Shown: positions 1 through 10,314, counted from the stretch's first letter. The stretch: DNA of 32,000 nt from Thermosulfurimonas dismutans (GCF_001652585.1 NZ_LWLG01000001.1:240001-272000); one strand, 5' to 3'. The notes: generated from the letters alone by a model not told the origin. A program made the numbers and translations.

Positions 1-626
1 TCGAAGTCTTCCGTAACCGCATCCTTCCCCGGCTCTTGGCCCTGGGCCCGCCGGTGATCGTAAACATCTTCGGCGAAAGCGAGGACGACTTTTTCAGACT
101 TGCCGAAGGGCTAGCGGAGACAGGGATAGCCGGACTTGAGGTCAACATCTCCTGCCCCAACGTCAAGAAAGGGGGCATCGCCTTTGCCCGTGATCCAGAA
201 GGGGTATTCAGGCTGGTAAGAGGCTTGACGTCCGTATGGGAACGTTTTTTTAGCGTGAAGTTATCGCCGGTAGGCCCGGTGGAAGAAGTGGCCCTGGCCG
301 CCGAGGAGGCCGGAGCCCGGGCCCTTACCTGCGCCAACACCTACCCCGCCATGACGGTAGATCTCTCACGAGGCACCCCTAGGCTCCATCTGGGAGGCCT
401 TTCTGGACCGGCCATAAAGCCCTTGACCTTAAGACTAGTTTATGAGCTTTCACGGAAGGTAAAGATCCCTATTATTGCCTCCGGCGGCATCATGAGCGCA
501 CGCGATGCCCTGGAGTATCTTTCGGTTGGCGCCCGAGCCTTTCAAGTGGGGACCGCCATTCTTATAGATCCTGAGGCCCCTCGGAATATTCTCTCTGAGC
601 TTGACGTCGCTCTCAAAGATCGCTAA
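1..626 (+). CDS. pyrD: dihydroorotate dehydrogenase catalytic subunit, class 1-type (C-terminal part; 5' end outside window)
   Basis: Frame 3 is open from base 3 (EVFRNRILPRLLALGPPVIVNIFG...) to the TAA at 624-626, so the TTG at 36 in the ORF track is not the real start. The translation carries the active-site loop LEVNISCPNVKKGG and the C-terminal IIASGGI / AFQVGTA strands typical of class 1 DHODH. Confidence 0.85.
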   Translation, partial: EVFRNRILPRLLALGPPVIVNIFGESEDDFFRLAEGLAETGIAGLEVNISCPNVKKGGIAFARDPEGVFRLVRGLTSVWERFFSVKLSPVGPVEEVALAAEEAGARALTCANTYPAMTVDLSRGTPRLHLGGLSGPAIKPLTLRLVYELSRKVKIPIIASGGIMSARDALEYLSVGARAFQVGTAILIDPEAPRNILSELDVALKDR

Positions 627-635
627 AGGAAAACT

Positions 636-1439
636 ATGCGAGGCCTAATACTCTTGTTTATGACCCTTCTCGTTACCGGTTGCGTCACGTCTCAGGAAGA
701 AATACAGGGTCTAAGACTTCAAATTTCTACTTTGGAAACCCAGATTTCGGCCCAAGAGAAAAGGCTCAACGCCCTGGAGAAAACCCTTGCCAAAGAAAAG
801 ACCCGGCTTTTGGCCTTAGAAAAAAGGCTGGCTGCCCTTGAGAAACAGACCGGAGTCCTTACCGAGAGACGAGCAGAGCTCCTTTCGGAGATGACCAAGA
901 TCCGAGCCGAAATCGCACGTCTGAACGGTCTCTACGAAGAACTTTCCTACCAGCAGAAACAGGACCGTGAAGCCTTTTCCGAGTTTCAAACCGAGGTCTT
1001 GAAACGTCTGGCCACGCTTTCGAAGCCTAAGAAACTCACAACCCAAAAGGAGCCCCCTTCCAAGGTTTCAGAGAAGGACCTCTATCAATCTGGTCTCCTG
1101 GCTTTTAAACAAAGAAAGTTCGAAGCGGCCCGGAAGGCTTTCCGGCAATATCTAGAAAAATATCCCAAAGGACGGTACGCAGCCAATGCCTATTTCTGGA
1201 TCGGGGAAACCTACTACGCCGAGCGCCGTTATGAAGAAGCCATCCTAGAGTACCAGAAGGTGATCGACCGATTCCCGCAGAGTTACAAGGTACCGGCAGC
1301 CCTTCTCAAACAGGGGCTTTCCTTTCTTAGGCTGGGAGACACCGAAGCGGCTCGGATTCTTTTCAAAAAGATCGTCAAAGATTATCCCAAAAGCGAGCAA
1401 GCCACTACGGCCCGGAAATATCTTAAGCGATTGAAATAA
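636..1439 (+). CDS. ybgF: Tol-Pal system protein YbgF/CpoB-like, lipoprotein form (coiled coil + TPR)
   Basis: The N-terminus MRGLILLFMTLLVTGC looks like a signal peptide with a lipobox. A long heptad region follows (repeated ALEK/RL units). The C-terminal TPR block YFWIGETYYAERRYEEAILEYQKVIDRFPQSYKVPAALLKQGLSFLRLGD...KIVKDYPKS is characteristic of YbgF. Confidence 0.8.
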   Translation: MRGLILLFMTLLVTGCVTSQEEIQGLRLQISTLETQISAQEKRLNALEKTLAKEKTRLLALEKRLAALEKQTGVLTERRAELLSEMTKIRAEIARLNGLYEELSYQQKQDREAFSEFQTEVLKRLATLSKPKKLTTQKEPPSKVSEKDLYQSGLLAFKQRKFEAARKAFRQYLEKYPKGRYAANAYFWIGETYYAERRYEEAILEYQKVIDRFPQSYKVPAALLKQGLSFLRLGDTEAARILFKKIVKDYPKSEQATTARKYLKRLK

Positions 1440-1442
1440 CCG

Positions 1443-2477
1443 GTGCGAATCCTAATCTTTTGCCTGTGTCTATTTCTTCCTCTTCACAGTTGGGCCTTAA
1501 AAGTAGGGCTCCTGTTAAAGGACACCTCGCCTGAAAAAGAAAAATTCCTTCGCCTCACCGAAGAACTCACTTCTCGCTTTCGGCTGGAGGGCCTGAGTTA
1601 CTATTTCTCGACCTACGATTCAAGGCGTCCTTTTAAGGCCATACGCCAGGCCAAAAGCGAGGGCGTGGCGGTGCTCATCGGCCCTTTCCATCCTGGGGAC
1701 AACGAAAAGGCCATGGAAGCCGCCAGGGCCTATGGTATCCCCATCATTTTACTCACAGGCGACCTAGATCCCTTGAGGATGCCGGACGAACCCTTTAGAG
1801 GAGTCTTTCGCACAGGCCTCTCGCCACGCTTAGCTGCCAAGGGCATCCTGCGCTGTCTAGCGAAGAGAGGATTCCAGCGGATTGGCCTACTTCTCTCCCT
1901 TGACCAATACGGCCACACCGGGGTGAAATGGCTCAAGGTTTATGCCTGGGAGTATCGCCTGCGAATATCGAAAACGGTGTGGTTCGGGCCTCGGGATACT
2001 ACGCTCTTCAACAGGCTCGAAGAACTTCTGCCGATGGAGGCCGTGGTGGTCTGGTGTGGACGAGAATCCGCCCTCAAAGTGGTGCGCGAAATGGATCGAT
2101 ACGGCCTAAAAATACCGGTGATCTTTGGCCCAGAGATCGCAGACGAAGAATTCCTAAGGTCACACCCCGAACTTCATGGTTATCCTTTCCCGGCCACGGC
2201 CCTTTATCTTTCATCTCAAAGAAGAGCCTTAGAGATTCAATCTTTGTCTTTAAAAATTTCCGCTTTGGTAGATGCTTTGTTTCTGATAAAGCATCTGATA
2301 GCCATCGGGGCCTATCCCACCGAAAAGGCCTTTGAGGAGCTGGGGAAGGTAGAGCTTCCAGGAGGCACTTATTATCTTTCCTCGGACGACCACTACGGCC
2401 TTCTGCCCCAAAGCGTAGGCCTCTTTATTTACGATCTAGGAGGTTTTAGGCCTTACTGTGCTCCAAGATCTCTTTGA
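1443..2477 (+). CDS. periplasmic substrate-binding protein, type-I PBP fold (Leu/Ile/Val-binding-protein-like)
   Basis: GTG start 3 nt after the ybgF stop. N-terminal signal-like MRILIFCLCLFLPLHSWA. The alternating beta-alpha pattern (VAVLIGPF, IPIILLTG, IGLLLS, AVVVW) looks like the LivK/amide-receptor family. The family call rests on overall pattern only. Confidence 0.55.
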   Translation: MRILIFCLCLFLPLHSWALKVGLLLKDTSPEKEKFLRLTEELTSRFRLEGLSYYFSTYDSRRPFKAIRQAKSEGVAVLIGPFHPGDNEKAMEAARAYGIPIILLTGDLDPLRMPDEPFRGVFRTGLSPRLAAKGILRCLAKRGFQRIGLLLSLDQYGHTGVKWLKVYAWEYRLRISKTVWFGPRDTTLFNRLEELLPMEAVVVWCGRESALKVVREMDRYGLKIPVIFGPEIADEEFLRSHPELHGYPFPATALYLSSQRRALEIQSLSLKISALVDALFLIKHLIAIGAYPTEKAFEELGKVELPGGTYYLSSDDHYGLLPQSVGLFIYDLGGFRPYCAPRSL

Positions 2478-3468
2478 GAGCTAGCAAGACCTCTTCCGGC
2501 TCGAGTTCAATAAGACACCTCGGTTCCGGGCACCTTTTCCTAAAACAGGGGCTACAGGAAAGGTCCTTCCGCAGGACTCGGTGCCCGCCCCCAAAGGGGC
2601 CCGTACGCCATGGGGCCGTAGGTCCGAAAAGCGCGACCACCGGTCGCCCGAGGGCCGCAGCCAGGTGCATGGGCCCGGTGTCCACTGAGACCACCGCCAC
2701 CGCCCCTGAAAGGACCCCGGCCAGTTCTTTTAAACTGAGCCTCCCAGCAAGGTTCAGCCCCTTCACCGCAAGTCGATCCAAATACTCCCGATCCCCTGGG
2801 CCGCCCACCCAGAGCAGGGGATAACCTAGACTAGAAGCCCTTCGGGCTAGCTCTCGCCAGCCCGCCTCCGTCCAGAGCTTGGTGGGCCAGCGGGTGGCCG
2901 GGATAAAGACTAACCAGGGGGGAGGTGGAAAACCTAGTTTTTCAGCCAGAATATTGGCAGATGGATAGGGTGCTAGAGGGAATTCTACCGGTTCGGCGAT
3001 CCCCCCCAGATAGGCGGCCGCCGAAAGATAGCGCCTTACGGCGTGAAGATCCGGATCGTAGGGGGGCAACTTTTCGGTAAGGGGCAAGGTACTCCCCTCA
3101 CGGTGGTTGGCAAAACCGACCTTCCGCGCGCTTTTTGCCAGGGCCACCACCAGGGCGCTCTTTAAGAGGCCCTGGAGATCCAAGATTACCTCGTAGGTCT
3201 CCGCCCGGAGCTCGGCCATAAAACGCCGAAAAAGGGACATCCCCTTCCGGAATCCCGAGGCACTCTTGAGCAACCGCAGAATACGCCGGCGGGGAAAGAT
3301 GAGGAGCCGGCGTATAAGAGGGTGGCCCATAAGGATCTCGGCGTTTTGTTCTTCCACCACCCAGTCGATCTCAAGTCCAGGATAGGCCCGCTTTAAGGCC
3401 GAAAGCACGGGCAACGTCTGGACGACATCTCCCAAGGCTGAAAGTTTTACGATCAGAATGTTTCTCAT
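2446..3468 (-). CDS. glycosyltransferase family 9 (LPS heptosyltransferase I-like)
   Basis: The N-terminus [40 protein letters not shown] and the C-terminal VSVDTGPMHLAAALGRPVVALFGPT...CSPC...C are classic GT9/heptosyltransferase signatures. The start ATG overlaps the upstream UvrA-like stop (ATGA, 3465-3468). Confidence 0.85.
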   Translation of the reverse strand: MRNILIVKLSALGDVVQTLPVLSALKRAYPGLEIDWVVEEQNAEILMGHPLIRRLLIFPRRRILRLLKSASGFRKGMSLFRRFMAELRAETYEVILDLQGLLKSALVVALAKSARKVGFANHREGSTLPLTEKLPPYDPDLHAVRRYLSAAAYLGGIAEPVEFPLAPYPSANILAEKLGFPPPPWLVFIPATRWPTKLWTEAGWRELARRASSLGYPLLWVGGPGDREYLDRLAVKGLNLAGRLSLKELAGVLSGAVAVVSVDTGPMHLAAALGRPVVALFGPTAPWRTGPFGGGHRVLRKDLSCSPCFRKRCPEPRCLIELEPEEVLLALKEILEHSKA

Positions 3469-6400
3469 TCGTCTCCCTGAGCCAAGTACCTTCGCAAGGC
3501 CTCCGCAGTGGGGGTCTCAAGCGCAATGAGGCCTTCCGGAGGCCCCTCGTAGAGAACCTGGCCACCAGCCTCGCCACCCTCCGGGCCAAGGTCCACGATC
3601 CAGTCGGCCTCCTTGATGACTTCAAGATTGTGTTCGATCACCACCACGGTGTTTCCCTGATCCACCAGGCCGTGGAGGAGCCGCATCAACTTCTGCACAT
3701 CCGCAATATGGAGTCCGGACGAGGGTTCGTCCAGCACGAATAAGGTCCCGCCGCGGCCGCCCTTCACGAACTCCGTGGCCAGTTTCACACGCTGGGCCTC
3801 GCCGCCCGAAAGCGTAGGGCTGGGTTGCCCCAACGTGAGGTAATCCAGCCCCAAGTCACAAAGAATTTCAAGGGGCCTTCTCACCTGTGGCACCGCGGAA
3901 AAAAAGTCCCGGGCTTCCTCAAAGGTCATCGCCAGGACCTCTGCGATGTTCTTACCCTTATACCGGATGTTTAGAGTCTCTTCGTTAAACCGGGCCCCTC
4001 CGCAGACCTCACAGACCTGATAGACCTCCGGCAGGAATTTCATTTCCACCCGGATGATGCCCTGCCCCTTACAGGCCGGGCACCGACCTACCTCCACATT
4101 AAAGGAAAACCGGCTCTCGGTATAGCCCCGAGCCCGGGCCTCACGTGTACCGGCAAAGAGCCTCCGGATTTCGGTCATAAAGCCCACATAGGTGGCTGGC
4201 GTGGATCGGGGCGTACGTCCGATGGGCGAGTGGTCAACCTGAAGAACCCTTCTCAATTCTTCGTAACCCTCAAGCCTCCTCGCCCCCACCGGACCACCCT
4301 TCCCGGAAAGGAGGTTTTGCAGGCTCCGGTAAAGCACCTCCGTGATCAGGGTGGACTTGCCCGAACCCGAGACTCCAGTGACCACCGTGAGGGCCCGGAG
4401 AGGAAACCTAACGGTTACCTCCTTGAGATTGTAAAGGGAGGCCCCGTGCACGGTAAGAAAACTTTCCGGTTTTCGTCCTTTTCCTGAAAGGCGATAGCGG
4501 CTACGGTCGGCAAGCACCTTGGCCGTAACGGAATTCTTGGTTTCGGATAGTCCTTCTGGAGAGCCGAAATAAACTACCTCTCCGCCCCGGCGACCGCCTC
4601 CGGGCCCAAGGTCCACCACCAGATCCGCAGCCAGGATGGTCTCCTCGTCGTGTTCCACCACGATGACGGTGTTACCCCGGTCGCGCAGACGCCTCAGGGC
4701 CGCAAGGAGTTTTTCCGTATCCCGGGGATGTAGCCCGACCGTAGGTTCGTCCAGGATATAGGCCACGCCGGTAAGGTTCGAACCCAGCTCTGCCGAAAGC
4801 CTAACCCGTTGGGCTTCGCCTCCGGAAAGGCTCTCCCCGGGTCTCGAAAGTGAAAGATAGGGCAAACCCACCTCCACCAAGAACTTAAGACGTGCAAGAA
4901 CCTCGCGGAGGATGGGCTTGGCGATCTCGGCTTCACGGCCGGAAAATTTTAGACGGCGTAAAAAGTCTATGAGCTCCGAGACCGGGAGGTCCGAAAGCTC
5001 GGCGATGTTCCGGCCTCCGATACGGAAGGCCAGGGCTTCGGGCCTGAGCCTGGTGCCGTTGCAGGCCGAACAGACCTCACCATCGGTCTCCCCCAGCCCA
5101 TTGCACTCTGGGCAGGCCCCGGCCCGGGTGTTGAAGGAAAAGAGCAGGGGATCGGGCTCTGGGAGACTCACTCCGCACTCCCCACAGGAAAGTCTCTCGC
5201 TCACGAAAAGCTCGCCCTCTTCGTGCCAGATCACGGCCTCGCCCCGGCCGGCCTCAAGGGCCAGAAAGAGGAGCTTCCGGAGCTCTCTTTCCGCGGAACG
5301 GCTCACCTCCGTTTCCCCAACCACCACTTCAATGGTGTGTTCCCGGAAACGGGAAAGTTCCGGGAACGGCGGCATGGTGATGAACCTTCCGTCTACACGG
5401 ACCTCACGGTAGCCGGCCGAAAGCGCTCGCTCAAAAACCGGCCGGTGGAACCCCTTCCGGCGTCTCACCCGCGGCGAAAGCACTTTCACCCGTCTGCCGG
5501 AAAGTTCCGCGAGGATCCGCTGGAGTATCGCCTCCCGGGAAAGCCTGGTAAGGGGCCGTTCACAGCGGGGACAGTGGGCCTGTCCGAGCCGGGAGAAAAG
5601 CAGACGCAGATAAGGCAAAATGTCGGTAATGGTCCCTACTGTGGAACGTGGACCAGGTCGGCTTGATCTTTGTTCGAGAGCCACCGTGGGGGGGATACCT
5701 GAGATGAGGTCTACCTCCGGTTCCTCGTAGAGTTTCACGAATTGGCGGAGATAGGCCGGAAGACTCTCCAGATACCGCCGCTGGCCTTCGGCAAAAAGCA
5801 GATCAAAGGCTAGGGTGGACTTGCCCGAGCCCGAGACCCCGGTAACCACGATCAGTTTCTCACGGGGGAGGTCGAGAGCCAAATTTTTAAGGTTGTGATG
5901 CCTGGCACCCCGCACACTTATTAATTTCTCGCGAGGCTTTAAGTCGGGGAAATGAGAAGCCTCCACCCGCAGGTCTCCGGAAAGATACCTCTTAAGCCAC
6001 TCTCCGGTGGGGGTATCTCGTTCAAGAAGCCCGGAAAGAGGCCCCTCGTAGAGTAGGTGCCCTCCGGCCACGCCCCCTTCAGGGCCTAGTTCGATGACCC
6101 AATCGGCCGAAAGGATGACCTCCGGGTGATGCTCCACCGCGACGACGGTGTGGCCCTTCTCGACCAGGCGCCTCAACGCCACAAGAAGCTTTTCTATGTC
6201 CTTGAGGTGAAGCCCCACCGTGGGTTCGTCCAGGATCAGAAGGGCCTTCTGGCTATCGGGAAGCCCGAAAGCCCTTGCCATCTTTAACCTCTGGGCCTCA
6301 CCGCCCGAGAGAGTGGAAAGAGGCTGGCCCAGCCTAAGGTAGGAGAGCCCCACCTCTTTCGCCGGCAAGAGCCGGCGCACTAGCTCCCGATGGCCGGAGA

Positions 6401-8708
6401 AGAAGGCCAGGGCTTCCTCAACCGTCATCTCAAGGATCTCGGCCACGTTCTTCCCTCGCCAGCGAACGGAAAGCACCTCCGGCTGGAATCGTTTTCCTCC
6501 GCAGGCCTCACAGGGAAAGGTCAGGTCCGAGAGAAACTGCATCTCCACCACTTGAAAGCCTAGGCCCTCACACTCCGGACATCGGCCTTCGGGGGAGTTG
6601 AAAGAGAAATGTGCGGGCGTAAGTCCCCGCTCTTTGGCTTCGGGCGAGGCAGCGAGCAGGCGCCGGATAAGGTTGTAGGCCCCGAGATAGGTGGCCAGGT
6701 TGCCCCGCGGGGTCCGTGAAAGCGGACTCTGGTCTAGCAGGATCACCTCCGAGATATCCTCGTGCCCTTCAAGGGCCTTGAAACGGCCAGGGGGTTCGGT
6801 AGCCTCTCCCCGGGCCCGCTTTAACCCCCGGTAGAGGCAGAGTTCCACCAGGGTGGACTTTCCGGACCCCGAGACCCCACAGACCACCGTGAGGGCCTCC
6901 TTCGGGATTCGCACCCTAATGTTCTTAAGATTGTTTTCCGAGACTCCCCGTAGGACCAGAAATTTCTCAAGCCGCGCCTTATAAGGCCGGGATAATTCTT
7001 TCTTGCGGGGGCGACGAAGGGCCCGCAGGGCCTCCGCAGTGGGGGTATCCTTTTCGAGAAGATTATCGGGTTTTCCCACATAAAGGAGGTTTCCCCCGGC
7101 CTCTCCGGCCCCTGGCCCGAGGTCCACCACCAGGTCCGCGGAGAGGATGACCTCCGGGTCGTGTTCTACCACCACGGCCGTGTTTCCATAAGCGGAAAGC
7201 CTTTTCAGAAATCGGATTACCCGTTCCGTATCTCGGGGATGAAGTCCGGTGGTGGGTTCGTCGAGGAGATAGAGAGTCTCGGTGAGCTCGGAGGAAAGGG
7301 CCCGGGTGAGTAGCACCCTGGCTACCTCACCGCCAGAAAGCGTACGGCTCTGGCGGTCGAGGGTGAGGTAGGAGAGCCCTACCTCGTCCAGATAGGCAAG
7401 ACGCCGATATATTTCTCGAGCCAAAAGGTTCTCGGCGCGTGGAAGGTCGCCTCTAAGAAGGTCCTCAATAAATCTCCGGGCCTCCGAGACCGGAAGGGCG
7501 TAAAACTCCCCCAGATTGAGTCCATTGAGGAAAAACTGCAGGGCCTCCGACCGGAAACGGGTGCCCCCACAGGCTGGGCACTGTCGGTAGGCCCGGAACC
7601 GAGAAAGGAGTATACGCACGTGGGCCTTGTAGCGTTTGGTTTCGAGCCAGTCAAAAAGGTCCTTTACCCCGTACCAGGTCCCGTCCCCGAAAAGGATTTT
7701 CCGGCGCACCTCTTCTGGAAGGTCCTCCCAGGGCCTCTCGAGTGGGATACCGGCTCGCCGGCAGTATTCCCAGAGGTCCTCCTTTACCTCCCAGGCGAAG
7801 GGCATCTCGAGCACGGTAATGGCCCCATCCTTAAGGGACTTTTTAGGATCGGGGATGACCAGATCCCAGTCTATGTCGAGTACCCGGCCAAATCCTCTAC
7901 ACTCCGGGCAGGCCCCAAGGGGACTGTTGAAGGAAAAGAGATTGGGAACCTTGCGGGGCACCGAAAGCCCGCAGTAGGGACAGCGGGCCCAGGGCGAAAA
8001 GCGATATTCTTCCCCGTAAGGGAGATGCACCCTCACCTCTCCGGCCATCTCAAATCCGCGTTCAAGGGCCTCCACTAGGCGATCTAAGACCGCAGACTCG
8101 AGCTTTACTCGGTCGAGGACCACTTCTATCTCCGGGGGAAGAGAAGAAACCTCCTCAAGCTCGCAGATCCGACCCGAGAGATAGGCCCGATAAAAACCGG
8201 CCTGAAGAAGGCCCTCGCGCAAAAGCGCTGGGTCTTCTCGGGCCTTAACCGGTGCGGTCACAATGGCCGGTTTCCCTTCGGCGAGCAGGAGGAGTTTCCT
8301 GGCCGCCGAAAGGGGATCCGAAGCCGAAACTGACCTTCCGCACCCGGCACATCGGGCCTCAGCGGCACGGAAATAAAGCATCTTGGCAAAGTGCGTAATC
8401 TCCGAGAGGGTCCCCACCGTGGAACGGGAGCTCTTTACGGGGTTGACCTGGGAGATGGCGATGGCCGGAGGAATGTTCTCGATAGCCTCCACTTTTGGCC
8501 TGGGAAGCCTTTCAAAGTACTGACGTACATAGGAAGAGAAGGTCTCGAGATATCTCCTTTCACCTTCCGCAAAGAGGGTATCGAAGACCAAAGAAGACTT
8601 TCCAGAACCCGAAACCCCGGTCACACAGATAACGTGGTAAAGGGGCAGTTTCAGATCCAGACCTTTAAGATTGTGCTCATGACAGCCTTTAAGGATAATT
8701 TCTCGCAT
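3465..8708 (-). CDS. uvrA: tandem-duplicated UvrA-family ATPase (two UvrA modules, four ABC nucleotide-binding domains)
   Basis: There are four GVSGSGKS Walker A motifs (8595-8618, 6855-6878, 5817-5840, 4353-4376), four LSGGE signatures, four LDEP(T/S)xGLH Walker B motifs and four VEH(D/H/N) H-loops. CxxC zinc modules occur in both halves. I place the start at the ATG at 8708 ([17 protein letters not shown], a typical UvrA N-terminus) rather than the ORF-track TTG at 8750. Confidence 0.9.
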   Translation of the reverse strand: MREIILKGCHEHNLKGLDLKLPLYHVICVTGVSGSGKSSLVFDTLFAEGERRYLETFSSYVRQYFERLPRPKVEAIENIPPAIAISQVNPVKSSRSTVGTLSEITHFAKMLYFRAAEARCAGCGRSVSASDPLSAARKLLLLAEGKPAIVTAPVKAREDPALLREGLLQAGFYRAYLSGRICELEEVSSLPPEIEVVLDRVKLESAVLDRLVEALERGFEMAGEVRVHLPYGEEYRFSPWARCPYCGLSVPRKVPNLFSFNSPLGACPECRGFGRVLDIDWDLVIPDPKKSLKDGAITVLEMPFAWEVKEDLWEYCRRAGIPLERPWEDLPEEVRRKILFGDGTWYGVKDLFDWLETKRYKAHVRILLSRFRAYRQCPACGGTRFRSEALQFFLNGLNLGEFYALPVSEARRFIEDLLRGDLPRAENLLAREIYRRLAYLDEVGLSYLTLDRQSRTLSGGEVARVLLTRALSSELTETLYLLDEPTTGLHPRDTERVIRFLKRLSAYGNTAVVVEHDPEVILSADLVVDLGPGAGEAGGNLLYVGKPDNLLEKDTPTAEALRALRRPRKKELSRPYKARLEKFLVLRGVSENNLKNIRVRIPKEALTVVCGVSGSGKSTLVELCLYRGLKRARGEATEPPGRFKALEGHEDISEVILLDQSPLSRTPRGNLATYLGAYNLIRRLLAASPEAKERGLTPAHFSFNSPEGRCPECEGLGFQVVEMQFLSDLTFPCEACGGKRFQPEVLSVRWRGKNVAEILEMTVEEALAFFSGHRELVRRLLPAKEVGLSYLRLGQPLSTLSGGEAQRLKMARAFGLPDSQKALLILDEPTVGLHLKDIEKLLVALRRLVEKGHTVVAVEHHPEVILSADWVIELGPEGGVAGGHLLYEGPLSGLLERDTPTGEWLKRYLSGDLRVEASHFPDLKPREKLISVRGARHHNLKNLALDLPREKLIVVTGVSGSGKSTLAFDLLFAEGQRRYLESLPAYLRQFVKLYEEPEVDLISGIPPTVALEQRSSRPGPRSTVGTITDILPYLRLLFSRLGQAHCPRCERPLTRLSREAILQRILAELSGRRVKVLSPRVRRRKGFHRPVFERALSAGYREVRVDGRFITMPPFPELSRFREHTIEVVVGETEVSRSAERELRKLLFLALEAGRGEAVIWHEEGELFVSERLSCGECGVSLPEPDPLLFSFNTRAGACPECNGLGETDGEVCSACNGTRLRPEALAFRIGGRNIAELSDLPVSELIDFLRRLKFSGREAEIAKPILREVLARLKFLVEVGLPYLSLSRPGESLSGGEAQRVRLSAELGSNLTGVAYILDEPTVGLHPRDTEKLLAALRRLRDRGNTVIVVEHDEETILAADLVVDLGPGGGRRGGEVVYFGSPEGLSETKNSVTAKVLADRSRYRLSGKGRKPESFLTVHGASLYNLKEVTVRFPLRALTVVTGVSGSGKSTLITEVLYRSLQNLLSGKGGPVGARRLEGYEELRRVLQVDHSPIGRTPRSTPATYVGFMTEIRRLFAGTREARARGYTESRFSFNVEVGRCPACKGQGIIRVEMKFLPEVYQVCEVCGGARFNEETLNIRYKGKNIAEVLAMTFEEARDFFSAVPQVRRPLEILCDLGLDYLTLGQPSPTLSGGEAQRVKLATEFVKGGRGGTLFVLDEPSSGLHIADVQKLMRLLHGLVDQGNTVVVIEHNLEVIKEADWIVDLGPEGGEAGGQVLYEGPPEGLIALETPTAEALRRYLAQGDE

Positions 8709-8773
8709 ATTTCGCCTTTTCACTCCGAAAAATTCATAGTAGACTTGCAAGGTCTATCGAAGGAAATAACCAG

Positions 8774-10300
8774 ATGTTTAAAAAGATAGAGGAATTTTTA
8801 GGAAACCGGAAGGTTACTCTTCCGTCCCCACCCACCCTGGCCGTAAGGCTACTTGAACTAGTAAAAAAAGAAGATTATACCAAACTGGCGGAAGTGATTC
8901 GTCTTGACCCGGCCCTGGCGGCTCGAGTGTTAGCCCTGGCCAACTCTCCACTCTATCGAACAGACCAAAAAGAGATTACTTCTATAGAAACCGCCATCTC
9001 TTTACTAGGAACCGAACTCATCAAAAATGTTGCACTCTCTTTCATCGTTGCCCGAAATTTTAAGCCCAAAGGGTTTCGAGAACTAACCTTTGATTTTGAG
9101 CGTTTCTGGAAACGGGCGGTAACACAAGCCGTAGCGGCAAGGCTTCTGGGCCTCAAACTCGAAGATAAAAACGAAGACCATCTTTTTACCAGTGCTCTCC
9201 TTATGGATATCGGAATAATCGTCTTTTATCTCCTTTTGGGTGACGAATATCTAGAAGTATTTGACGAAAAAGAAATCTCCGGCAAGTCCCTTCGTGAGAT
9301 TGAAAAGAACTTTTACGGCTTTTCACATGAAATCTTGGGAGCCTACCTTTTAAAACAATGGCACCTCCCCGCACATATCGTTCAGGATGTCCATTATCAT
9401 CATGACTGGGAAAAAGCCCCGGAGAAATACAGAACTCACGCCCGAATCCTCTATTATGCTGATCTTATTGGAGGCATCTATTTCAGTTATACATCTACCC
9501 TCAAATACCAAAAAATTCTAAAAGAATTACCGGAATTCCTAAAAATCTCTGAGAGAGAAATTCTAGAACTCATAGACCGGGTTGCACTTGAATGTCGGGA
9601 TATCTTTGCCTTCTTCGATCTTCCACAAGAAAAGCTCCCCTCTTACTCGGAGATTTTGGAGCAGTCCAAAACCGAGCTCGAGAGACTCAGTATTTCCTAT
9701 GTCCTCCTCCTTAGGCAGTTAAAAGAGGAGAAAAGGCGTGCGGAAGAACTTGCCCGCAAGTTAAAAATGGTTAACGAAAAGCTCCGCAAATTGAGTATTA
9801 TTGACGGTTTAACTGGGCTATACAATCACCGTTATTTTCAGGAACGCCTCCAGGAAGAATTTGAACGGACCCGACGCTACCGCCACAGTCTCTCTCTGAT
9901 CATGCTGGATATTGACTATTTTAAAAAAGTCAATGATACCTATGGTCATCTTTTCGGGGACTTCGTTTTAAAGGAACTGGCTCGGATCATAAAAGAAAGT
10001 TCGCGAAAAACAGACATCGCGGCCCGTTACGGAGGGGAAGAATTTGCCCTTATTCTACCGGAAACCGAAATCCAAGGCGCAAGTGCACTAGGAGAAAGGC
10101 TACGCTCACGAGTAGAAAAGCATTCCTTCCAAATGAATGGTATGTCTCTCCACATCACTATCAGTCTTGGGGCCGCTTCCATTTTTCCGGCTGAAAGCTC
10201 CAAAACCCCTCGGGATCTTATTGAGACTGCAGATAAGGCCCTTTATTACTCTAAGACGCACGGTCGAAATCGCCTTACGGCCGTAAATATCACCGAGTAA
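8774..10300 (+). CDS. HDOD domain-containing diguanylate cyclase (HDOD + coiled coil + GGDEF)
   Basis: The N-terminal roughly 280 aa follow the HDOD pattern (LPSPPTLAVRLLELV..., HEILGAYLLKQWHLP). The C-terminal GGDEF domain has DGLTGLYNHRYF, an intact active site RYGGEEF, and an RxxD I-site (RKTD) exactly five residues upstream of it. Confidence 0.85.
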   Translation: MFKKIEEFLGNRKVTLPSPPTLAVRLLELVKKEDYTKLAEVIRLDPALAARVLALANSPLYRTDQKEITSIETAISLLGTELIKNVALSFIVARNFKPKGFRELTFDFERFWKRAVTQAVAARLLGLKLEDKNEDHLFTSALLMDIGIIVFYLLLGDEYLEVFDEKEISGKSLREIEKNFYGFSHEILGAYLLKQWHLPAHIVQDVHYHHDWEKAPEKYRTHARILYYADLIGGIYFSYTSTLKYQKILKELPEFLKISEREILELIDRVALECRDIFAFFDLPQEKLPSYSEILEQSKTELERLSISYVLLLRQLKEEKRRAEELARKLKMVNEKLRKLSIIDGLTGLYNHRYFQERLQEEFERTRRYRHSLSLIMLDIDYFKKVNDTYGHLFGDFVLKELARIIKESSRKTDIAARYGGEEFALILPETEIQGASALGERLRSRVEKHSFQMNGMSLHITISLGAASIFPAESSKTPRDLIETADKALYYSKTHGRNRLTAVNITE

Positions 10301-10314
10301 ATTTTAATTTTTAA

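Noticed and set aside
700-1000. Repetitive ALEK/RLxALEK-coding DNA in ybgF as a possible tandem DNA repeat
   Set aside because: The periodicity is at the heptad (protein coiled-coil) level with divergent codons. It is not a nucleotide-level tandem repeat.
8709-8750. ORF-track start (TTG at 8750, MQVYYEFFGVKRRN...) for the UvrA-like gene
   Set aside because: The ATG at 8708 gives the canonical UvrA N-terminus ([15 protein letters not shown]) at the normal distance from the first Walker A. The extension would leave only 23 bp to the divergent gene.
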